64,000 bases of DNA, taken from positions 96,001 to 160,000 of IMG/VR virus record IMGVR_UViG_2873737359_000001; one strand, given 5' to 3'. The translations under genes and the position numbers were made by a program. Of this stretch, positions 29,956 to 39,800 are shown piece after piece. Every line of letters begins with the position of its first letter. Positions within the stretch are counted from its first letter, which is position 1. The notes beneath the pieces are model-generated. The model saw only the letters and a program-made list of their open reading frames with translations, had not been told where the DNA came from and did not search any database. This DNA comes from a virus. Taxonomy: Duplodnaviria; Caudoviricetes.

Positions 29956-30750
29956 ATGGCTTTTGCATTAGGAGATATTATTATTGATCGTGTTCAGTAT
30001 GGTTATGCTGAGGATTTTAGTGGTACACCACTTTATACATTAACACAGCTTCAGGATGCTACAATTAACATTAGTGCAGAGTCAACAGATGCTGTTGATA
30101 ACACAGGTGCTATTGTTAAGAGATTCTGGAAAGCTAAAACAGGTGAATTTACAGCAAATAACGCTATGATTAACCTGAATATTATCGCTGCTGGTGCAGG
30201 TGAAGGATCTGCTACTCTCGCAGAGACAAAAGCGTTTGATATGCCAAGAATCATTACAGCAACACAGGATGGAACAGGTGCTGTAACTGTAAAACTTGGT
30301 GAGTCTGCAGACGTCAAAGAGGAAAGCATTAAAGTTAATGTATTCAATAAAAATGGGTCTATGGGAACGCTTTGCACAAAGGATTCAGCTGCTGCAGAGA
30401 CTAAATATTCTTATTCTGAAGGAACTCTTGCTTTGCCTAAAACAGCTGGTACATATATTATCAAATATAAAAGAAATGTATCTAAAGATGGCGTTAAGAT
30501 CGTTAATGAGGCAGATAAGTTCCCGTCTACAGTTAAGCTTACTCTTAAAGCTCTTGCTGTTGATCCATGTACACCGGATACTCTTAGAGGTGTGTACATT
30601 GTAATTCCGTCATTCCAGGTATCACCTGAAGTTGAAATTTCTCTGACAACAGACGGTCAGTTACAGTATTCTGGACAGATGCAGATGAACTACTGTGCTG
30701 CCGACAAAGCTCTGTATGAAGTATACTTCGCAGATGGCGACGAAGAATAA
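29956..30750 (+). CDS. Major tail tube protein
   Basis: Strong SD, beta-rich, followed by a terminator. Confidence 0.7.
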   Translation: MAFALGDIIIDRVQYGYAEDFSGTPLYTLTQLQDATINISAESTDAVDNTGAIVKRFWKAKTGEFTANNAMINLNIIAAGAGEGSATLAETKAFDMPRIITATQDGTGAVTVKLGESADVKEESIKVNVFNKNGSMGTLCTKDSAAAETKYSYSEGTLALPKTAGTYIIKYKRNVSKDGVKIVNEADKFPSTVKLTLKALAVDPCTPDTLRGVYIVIPSFQVSPEVEISLTTDGQLQYSGQMQMNYCAADKALYEVYFADGDEE

Positions 30751-30783
30751 TTTGATATAATAATTATTCGAAATTTATTTATG

Positions 30784-30815
30784 GTCGGTACGGGTCAAAT
30801 CGTACCGGCTATTTT
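30784..30815 (+). terminator. Terminator-like hairpin with GGGTCAAATC apex
   Basis: GTCGGTACG/CGTACCGGC then TATTTT. Confidence 0.6.
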
Positions 30816-30840
30816 AATGCCATTTTAAAGGAGGCAAATA

Positions 30841-31227
30841 ATGATAAAGGATAATAAAATATGTATTTTATGTGGTAAAAAATATAGCTTCTGTAATCGT
30901 TGCGAAGAATATGATCATTTGCCAAGATGGATGGCTATTTATTGCAGCGAAAATTGTAAAAACATATTTAACACAATTTCTGGATATAACATGAAACTTA
31001 AAACTAAAGAAGAAGCTGCTAGTGCTCTTGGAGAATGTGATCTTTCAAAGAAAAGTCAATTTAATCAAGCATGTCAGCAATATATCGATGAGATTCTTGA
31101 TACTAAAGAAGAGCCTATAAAAAAACCTGTTGTTGTAAATACAATTTTTAAAGTAGAAGAATCTAAAGAAGTTATAACAGAACCACAGAACAAACCAAAA
31201 CGTATAAGAAATGTTAAAAATAAATAG
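30841..31227 (+). CDS. Zn-finger protein
   Basis: CILC...CNRC...YCSENC. Confidence 0.7.
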   Translation: MIKDNKICILCGKKYSFCNRCEEYDHLPRWMAIYCSENCKNIFNTISGYNMKLKTKEEAASALGECDLSKKSQFNQACQQYIDEILDTKEEPIKKPVVVNTIFKVEESKEVITEPQNKPKRIRNVKNK

Positions 31228-31247
31228 TATTTGAATAGTGGTTTTAT

Positions 31248-31283
31248 AAGGGGTATAGACTATTCAAGCTATACCCCTTTTTT
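31248..31283 (+). terminator. Intrinsic terminator
   Basis: AAGGGGTATAG/CTATACCCCTT plus T tract. Confidence 0.7.
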
Positions 31284-31306
31284 CACTTTTAAGGAGTAAA
31301 AGGAAT

Positions 31307-31513
31307 ATGGGAAAATTTGATGTTGAACCAAATGAACTTAATTTAAAACCGAGACTATATAATACGCACGAAGTTGTAAGAATTGTAAACCCAAAGCAAA
31401 GAGATCTTTATATTAAACATCGTGTGTATCCGATTGATATTATTGTATATATCTTTTTAAAAGAAGAAACTAAAGATCTTTTTCAAAAATGGATTGATCA
31501 TACATTGGAGTAA
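31307..31513 (+). CDS. Hypothetical protein
   Basis: 68 aa with SD. Confidence 0.6.
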   Translation: MGKFDVEPNELNLKPRLYNTHEVVRIVNPKQRDLYIKHRVYPIDIIVYIFLKEETKDLFQKWIDHTLE

Positions 31514-31518
31514 ATTAT

Positions 31519-31785
31519 ATGGATAATTATGAAAAAATTTTAGATAAACAAGAATTAAGATATGTACTTGGAACTGCTGTATCAGGACATACTACATATC
31601 TAAAAAAGACATTAGCAAAAGCAGAATATGAATTTGTAACAGATATTACAAAGGCAACGAAAACAGTTTCTGCTAAGATTGCAAAAATTATACTTGAAAA
31701 TTATGTTCGAGATACTGGAGATACAGAATCCGAACTTATTGTTATACCTTTATTGATTAGTTATGAACTTATAAAAGAGGTATAG
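31519..31785 (+). CDS. Hypothetical protein
   Basis: 88 aa with SD. Confidence 0.6.
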   Translation: MDNYEKILDKQELRYVLGTAVSGHTTYLKKTLAKAEYEFVTDITKATKTVSAKIAKIILENYVRDTGDTESELIVIPLLISYELIKEV

Positions 31786-31806
31786 ATATATAGGAGTAAA
31801 AGGAAT

Positions 31807-32160
31807 ATGGAAAATACAAAAAATTATTTAGACAAACTTGATTATGTAAAAATGATATTTGATGATGAAGAATTTTGCATAATCAATAACATAAAAGATT
31901 ATGAGATCGATTTATATAGTGATAGACCAAGCTGTATCAAAATAGATACTAACCTATTTGATCCATTAATTAAAGAATATTTTGATAATAGGAAATATGT
32001 AAATAAGGTAATGTTATATTTTGTTGGTGTAGGTTCAAATAATTTATGTGCAAATTCATCATATTTGATATACAAATATAATGTTAACGCTCTTATTCAA
32101 AATATACGAATAACAGATCTTGAAGTCAGTTTCACAATAGAGGGTGATTTTCATGTCTGA
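31807..32160 (+). CDS. Hypothetical protein
   Basis: 117 aa with SD. Confidence 0.6.
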   Translation: MENTKNYLDKLDYVKMIFDDEEFCIINNIKDYEIDLYSDRPSCIKIDTNLFDPLIKEYFDNRKYVNKVMLYFVGVGSNNLCANSSYLIYKYNVNALIQNIRITDLEVSFTIEGDFHV

Positions 32161-32617
32161 AATATTAAAGCTAACATTAGATAATGATGTTGTAGAAAAA
32201 TATAATAAGAAATATTTTTTTGAACATCCAAGAGCTAAGAAAGAGCCAATAACAAAACCATATCATCCTTCTATTAATACATGGATGATACTACCACGTA
32301 TTCAGATGAATGCATTAAAACAAAAATGGAAAGACTTCGTTGGATTTTGGGTAAAATTAAACAAATTAGAAAATAGACAGTTAGACAATTTTGATCTTGT
32401 CGTGACTGTCTTTTTTGATACCAGAAGACGTCATGATTGTGATAATCAAATACCAAAATTTATTCTTGATGGATTTACAGAGTCCGGATTGATCGTTGAT
32501 GACGACGAAAAACATTTGCACTCTCTCACTTTAAAAACTGGATACGACAAAGAAAATCCACGAACTGAATTTGAATTTTATATACATTCTGATGAAAAGA
32601 TAAGTCAGGATAAATAA
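32153..32617 (+). CDS. rusA: RusA-like Holliday junction resolvase
   Basis: PSIN, RRHDCDN..PKFILDG..GLIVDDD, PRTEF. Confidence 0.8.
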   Translation: MSEILKLTLDNDVVEKYNKKYFFEHPRAKKEPITKPYHPSINTWMILPRIQMNALKQKWKDFVGFWVKLNKLENRQLDNFDLVVTVFFDTRRRHDCDNQIPKFILDGFTESGLIVDDDEKHLHSLTLKTGYDKENPRTEFEFYIHSDEKISQDK

Positions 32618-32647
32618 TTATATATGGAATAAAAAGGAGAAATTATT

Positions 32648-33229
32648 ATGCCAGAAAATATTATTAATAAATCTAATAAAGAAACCGTAGAAAGAAAACT
32701 TACTGTAAAAGAGTTTTGTCGTAGATATGATATGTTAAAAACTGACGAGCAGAAATCTAATTTTGTGCAGTCTATGGTTTATAGAACATATTGTCCGGTT
32801 CTTGAGAAAAAAGTGATTCTTCAGACTATGCTTGATAAAACAATTGTATCAGATAAAAACGGCGTGGAATATATAGATATGTTTTTATCTAAGATTAACT
32901 TTACTACTACTATTCTTCTGCTTTATACCAAATTTAATATAAGCAAAAATGATGATAGTGAAACAACTGCGTTCCAGGATTACGATCTTCTTATTGAGAG
33001 AGGATTCTTAAATGTTATCAGTGCTGCCATAGGCGAAGACGAACTTAATGAACTGACGACAATCAATGGATTGCTTATGGATAATTTTTACGCAAAAAAT
33101 AAAAATCTTGAAGCATTTATTGCCAAGTATACACAGGCATTTGCTACTATATTCGGCATGTTTGCAGATGAGGGCATCTCTGAATTAATGAAGTACATCA
33201 AAGAGTACGGAGACGTATTAGGCAAGTAA
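32648..33229 (+). CDS. Hypothetical protein (candidate tail assembly chaperone)
   Basis: 193 aa upstream of the tape measure. Confidence 0.5.
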   Translation: MPENIINKSNKETVERKLTVKEFCRRYDMLKTDEQKSNFVQSMVYRTYCPVLEKKVILQTMLDKTIVSDKNGVEYIDMFLSKINFTTTILLLYTKFNISKNDDSETTAFQDYDLLIERGFLNVISAAIGEDELNELTTINGLLMDNFYAKNKNLEAFIAKYTQAFATIFGMFADEGISELMKYIKEYGDVLGK

Positions 33230-33265
33230 AACTTTAAAAATAATATATGAGATTTAAATAAAACT

Positions 33266-33838
33266 ATGGAGGTGAATATTATGAAGCAGATTGAAATTAC
33301 TTATGAAAAATTGATGAAGTTGCATGATGAATTTGTTATTGGTACAAAAAAAGAAAAGAAAAATATAGAAAAAGAAATTGCTGAATTTTTAGCGAAGGAT
33401 ATTCTTGAAGATGTAAAACGTGCGTATACACAAATTATAAATAATTGGTACGCTTCGTATTCGCCTTCAATTTATGACAGAAAAGAAACTCTTAAAGATA
33501 CCGGAAAATTTATTTTAAATGGAAGCAAAATAACAATTTATGCAAGCTCTGATCCTATGAACGGTCATAGATTAGATAATGATCGTTTGTTTAAATTAAC
33601 AATGTTACAAGGATATCATGGCGGCGCATGGCATAATGGTACTCCTATGTATCGTGGTCCAGTGCCTAGTTATTATATGTGGACTAGACCGGCTGAAAAA
33701 ACATTTTCTCCAGCAAGAGCAATGGCTAATTGGATAAAGTCTTATCAATATAGGCCAGTAACAAAAAAAATAAATAAAATTGAAGAAATATTTCGAAAAT
33801 ATTATTCAAAATATGACTATTTTAAAATGTTTTTTTAG
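33266..33838 (+). CDS. Hypothetical tail-module protein
   Basis: YSPSIYDR, GYHG motifs. Confidence 0.55.
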   Translation: MEVNIMKQIEITYEKLMKLHDEFVIGTKKEKKNIEKEIAEFLAKDILEDVKRAYTQIINNWYASYSPSIYDRKETLKDTGKFILNGSKITIYASSDPMNGHRLDNDRLFKLTMLQGYHGGAWHNGTPMYRGPVPSYYMWTRPAEKTFSPARAMANWIKSYQYRPVTKKINKIEEIFRKYYSKYDYFKMFF

Positions 33839-33860
33839 TATGTATTAAGGAGGAATATAA

Positions 33861-36800
33861 ATGAGTGATATGAAATTAGGAGAGATTAGTCTTGATCCTG
33901 TTGCTGAAGCAATTGTTAAAGGGGTCAATATGAAAGCAAATTCTAAGGCTAATAAAGAATTTCAAAAAACAATAGATCAAATAAAAGAAGGCACAGACAT
34001 GCCTGTTAGATTTAACCCCAATACTTCCGAATTTGATAAAGCTAAAAAAGAAGCTGAGAAACCAATAAAGACTCCGGTTAAATTAGAGACAGAAAATGTT
34101 GATCTCCCGCTTCTAGGGAAAACTCCTGTAAAATTATCAATTGATAAAGATAGTCGAACTGCTATTAAAAAAACTTTAAAGGATGCAGAAAAAGCATCAA
34201 AAAGTTTAATTGATTCTGCGGCAAGAACTGTAAAAAAAATAGGTTCCGCAAATTATTTAGAAGAACTTACAAAAAATGAACGACAAGCAATTTCTACTGC
34301 AGTGTCTAAAGTAAAACGTAACCATCCTGAAATTTCAGATGATAGGTTAAAAACATTTGAGCAAAATCTTATATTAGATAGACGAGCAAAAAAAACACAT
34401 GAAACATTATCAGAAAATTTCAAGCTTCCAGATTCTTCTTCTAAATCATATGGACAAGAGATGTATGAAGCTGCTATTGCAGCTGCAAAGATTCAGGCTG
34501 CTGTTAAAATCAGAGAAGATCTTCATAACGATGAAAGCTATACACAATTTTTATCAAAAAATGATAGAAGCAAAAGTTATAATGGCAACACTCTTAAGAT
34601 ACCAGGAAAATTTATAGATCAAATACAAACTGGTTTGTACGAACATTTAGGGGTTACAGAATTAGGCAATGCTCTTACTTCTGGAAATAGCTGGACTGGA
34701 ATACAAGATCGTATGGTACGATCAATTGATTCTTTTAGTGCAGGTTTAACAGATGTTATAGAAGCTTCTATTCCAAAGACTTCTTCTGGAGATCGTATCA
34801 CTAAGAAATTTCAGAAAAGAATAGATTCTGCTGTTAAAATGGCTGTTGGTATGTCTGTAGATGATGCCATTAATTATTTAACAGGGAAAAGGGGCATTAA
34901 AGAAAATAAAGAGGCGTTATCTTTATTAGGAAAGAAAAAAAATGGAGAATATGAATATTCTGTTGATGATATACTTGGCATATTATCAGAGAAGGCGCCA
35001 ACAGGTGGATCTGAAAACGGTGGCACTAATTATAAAGGATTTAGTCAAATTTTAGGAGCCTTACAGGTATATAACAGAAACGGAGCGTCTGGATTAAGTG
35101 CAAATCGTATTGAACGATTATCAGAACTTGTTGATGTAATTACCTCTACTTATACAGGCAATGATGGTTTCGTTGATTATGATGCAAAAACCGTAATTAA
35201 GTCAATCGATACAGCATTAGATAAAGTTCAGGACGAAGCCGAAAAGGCGTCAAAAGAATCAAAAGAACAACCTAAAGTAGCGGAAAAACCTAAATCTAAA
35301 AAATCTAATGAGAAGTCCTCTTCTACAACTTCTAAAAAAGAATCTGCAAAGACTGAGACTAAAACGGTTGAAGAAAAAGAACCGGGAAAAATTGAAAAAT
35401 CTAAAGAAGAATTTGTTTCTTCTACTCCAAATAAATCCCATCGTAAAGTAGTAAAACCTCCTAAAATCTTAAAGGGCAATTCTCAAGCCAGAGATGTGAA
35501 TGGTAATTTATTATCTTGGGATGGACAAGATTGGAAAATAAAATCAAATTCAGAATCCGATTCTTTATGGGAAAATATACCAGAGAATCCGTCTCCTGAA
35601 TTTTTAAAAAGATTTGAAAGAGCTAAAAAATTTACCAAAAATCATCCTGAATTATTTGGTCCAGATGCTCTCCCTATAGAATTTGATGAGGAAGCTTTTT
35701 TGAAAGATTTTTTGAAAACATTGAATGATGCTCCCCCTATAAAATTTGATGAGGAAGATTTTGGGAAAACAATGAATGATGGAGTAAGTGTTAAAGTTCC
35801 AGATGCATCCAAAGATATAAAAGATGGAGCAAAGCAAATAAAACAGGCGTCAGATACAATAGAAAAAACTTCCAAAACCGATCAAAAAATATCTGATGAC
35901 AAGAAAGAATCTTCTGATTCTATAAAACCAAAAACTCATTCATCTTCACATTCGAAAAAAGGAAATAATCAACAAGATGACGATCAAGATCAAATAAATA
36001 CTGGAAATGATGTAAAAAAAACAAAAAAAGAATTTACATCACAATATAAAGAAGCCATTTCTGATATTAAAGATCTAGGGAAAGCATATGTTAATCTTCA
36101 AAATGCTATTTTAAATCCAACAGGTAAAACTTATAAAAAATCAAATGGAAAAATAGGATCTTCATATGAAGATTTTATTGATCAGCAATTATCTGATATT
36201 GAAAATAAGGAAAATCGAATTAGGTCATTTAACAAAAATGTTCATAATCAAAATAAGACAAATCCTTCTCAAATTAAGGATCAGAATATTTTTGATAGTT
36301 ATGAGAAAGAATTGCAAGATAGTCAGTTACAGCAAAGTCAATTTGATGATAATCTAGTTAGTCTTATGAGATCTGCATACGAAGTTCGTAATAATGCTCA
36401 AAATGAAATACTTAAAACGATTGGCAGTCCTACACGAAAAGGAGAAATTAATTTAGAAAAATTTGCAAAGCAGCAAGAACGCTTTGCTAAAAGTGATTAT
36501 GTGTACAATTTGCTTAGTGATAAAGTAAGCAAACGTAAAGGAAATGCATATCAAGAATCTGCCATATCTGATATTGCGGAATCTTCAAAAACAGATAGAG
36601 AGTCTATTTTACAAACGAATTTTGGTACGTTGTCTCAACAAATCAATGATTATGTATCATCTATTGAAAGAGCTGGACGCGCAAGCGAACAATTCAAATC
36701 AGATTTTGGAAAAATACAATCTGATTTGAATAAAAATGATCCTTCTCAATTTAAAGATACTGAATCAGGTATGAAAGAATATCTTGACTTTATGACAGAT

Positions 36801-39800
36801 ATTCGCAGTCGTTTTAACAGCAATAAAGATTTTTATGAAAATGGCATCGGAAAATCTACTTTAGATTATGAAGCTATCAAAAATAAATTAATTAAAGCAG
36901 AAAACTATAATACTAAAACAAATGAGTATAAATCAAAAGTTTTTGGTTTTCAAGAACAATGGGATGGTATTATAGATAGTTACAGTTCCGGAGATATAGA
37001 GAAAATGAAAGAAGCGGAACATGCCGCCACTTCTCTTATATCCACAATGAACGACTTTTATAAAGAATCATCTAAAAGTGATAAATATAAAAAGACAACG
37101 TCGAAAGGTACTTTAGTAGAAGACACTGTAGGTAAGGTTCAAGATATTAATGATGCAAAACAATCATTAAAACAATTTACCGATGAAATGAAATTAACTA
37201 ATAAGGTGTCAGAAACCATTGATACATCAACAGGTAAGATCACACAAAAATTCAAAGATGATTATTCTGGAAATATAATTACTATCACAAGTAATATTGA
37301 CGAACTTAACAATGCTCTTAGAACAACTCAAAAAATTCAATCATCCGGTTCAGGTGGTTCAGGCGGCTCTCTTCTGGGAGGATTAAAAAATCTCGTATCC
37401 GGCAACTTTAAATCAATTGTTGGTGAAATAGGAAGTAGCGTAGCTAATGTTCAAATTCTTGGCCAAGCTTTCCAGCAAATGAAAGATGGATTTAATACAT
37501 TCCTTGATTTCAATAAAGGATTAACTAATATCAGTTATACCATGGATATGAGCAAAGAACAGCTCTCATCTCTCGGATCATCTGCTGTTGATATGGCCAA
37601 AGATCTTTCTATGTCCTTGGATAATACCATGGATATCTATCAGATCTATGCAAATATGAATACTACACCTAAGGAAATCCAGGAAACAGCGAAGCCTACT
37701 GCTATTCTGAGTAACTTAAGTGGTGTAGATGCTTCTACCGCCGCCGATCAGGTACAGGGTATTCTTCAGCAGTTCCATATGCTTGAAGATGGCTCTACTA
37801 CTGCTGCCGATGCTTCCATGCACGTAGTTGATGTATTGGATAAGATTTCCGGAAATATCGGTATGGATTATGCTAAGGGAATCAAGGTTATTTCTGATGC
37901 GGTACAGGCTTCCGGTCAGGTAGCATTTGATGCTGGAATGAGCTACGAGCAGTTAGCTGCTGTATCTGCTAAAGTAGCTGAAAGAACTCGTGAAGATGGA
38001 TCTTCTATTGGTAATGCAATGAAGACTATCATAACGAGAATCAGTAAAGTTGGATCTATGCCAGAATATGCTGCAGATGTAAGTAATGAAGATCTTTCCC
38101 AGGCTTCAGAGTCTTTACATAAAGTTGGTGTAGAAGTCTATAACACAGATGGATCATTCCGTGATCTTGATACAATCCTTTCAGAACTTAATTCTAAATG
38201 GGACGGATTGACAGACGCTCAAAAAGCAAATATTTCATACAATGTTGCAGCCACGAGGCAAACTTCAAAATTCAAGAATATACTTGAAGCTTGGACAGAT
38301 TCTATGAATTTGGCAAACGAGGCCACTACAACCAGTGGTAATGCCGAAGCCAATCAGGAAAAATATATGGAATCTTTCTCCGGAAAGATCCAGGCAATAA
38401 AAACTCAGATGGATGAGTTTTGGTTAAACTTCTATAATTCAGACCAGGTATCTGGAGCTTTAGATTTTGTACAAGGTTTAACCGAAGGATTTACAGGGCT
38501 TGAAGAAGCCATTGGTCCAATTCCTACTCTAATCACGGCTGTATTCTCAGCATTGACCGTAAAAAATGCAGCAACAAAAGGATTAGACTTTTTAGTAGGG
38601 AAAGATGGACAAGCAAGTGGACTTGCAAATGCCGTGGGTTGACCCAAATTCGGGGTTACAGTTATTATTTCCGATTAATAATGAGCCTATCTACATAAAG
38701 ATCGTGAGATCAATGTGTGGAGACGAGCGGCAATAAATAACTAGAGGATTAAAACGTTGAAACCTGCTATTCTATAATATAGTGAATCGGGCGAAAGCCT
38801 GCAGGTAACGCACGTGCCAACCTGGTTAACGTCTAGTAATATGTGAAACATTAGTAACAATTGCGGAAGCAATGATGAGGGAAGCATATGAATAATCAGG
38901 AAGTGTAGAGAGCGCACCCTTCCTCGGAGTATATACAAAATCCATATATGTATATGCTTTTAATGAATGTGCCTATAGTAATGATGGTGAAATCCATCCA
39001 GTACTCTTCTACTGTTATTTTAAATGAAGAAAAATATTTTTAGGAAGTGCCCCTATAAAAGAGGCACTGTTATTAAAGGTTTTATCCTTTAATCCTCGGG
39101 CAAAAAAAATGGTCCCCGACCGTCTCACTTGCCGCCCGATGCAACGCTTGCAAAGTCACAATTAAAATTAGCCGAGATCTCATTTATGCTAACTTTAATA
39201 TAGAAACTTAAAGCTTCTGGATTATGTTTGAGTATCATCCAGATAGCTGCAAGAATCAATATTGAAATTATAGCTAATATAATTATTGACCCTACAAGCT
39301 TAATTCGTTTTGAATTATTGTCCATATTTCACCTCCTGTCTGCAGTGTTTATGGCACTGCCATAGGAGACAAATTGACTCTAACCAAAACGTCAGAATCA
39401 TGATGACTTCTGATAATTTACCACCTACACTTTTCTGAAGGTATTATGTAAGAAATATATAGTGCACTTATATATTCTACACATGGTAAATTATACCAAT
39501 TATATTCGAAATGTATAGTCAGAACGTTTGATCTGGTTAATATAAAAGTGCATCACAAATAGAGCAGGACGATTGATCCTGCTCTATTCTATTTTTCTCC
39601 AATATCCTCCAAAGGAGATTTCACATGAAAAAGTTATATAAATCTAATCTAAAATTTAATCTTAACATACTATGTAAGATAATTAAGTTTGAACTGAAAA
39701 TAATTACAAAGCATAAACGACTCGCAGAAAAGTGGTTTGAAAAGATCACAACACTAGAATGTGAGTCTATATTTGAGAAAATGGACGAGCGGAAGAAATA

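Noticed and set aside
38634-38646. GGT-TGA in a small hairpin, suggesting T4 gene 60-like ribosomal bypass or a group II intron start (GTGGG)
   Set aside because: The gap is 2.36 kb, no group II domain V or RT is visible, and group I pairings explain both ends exactly
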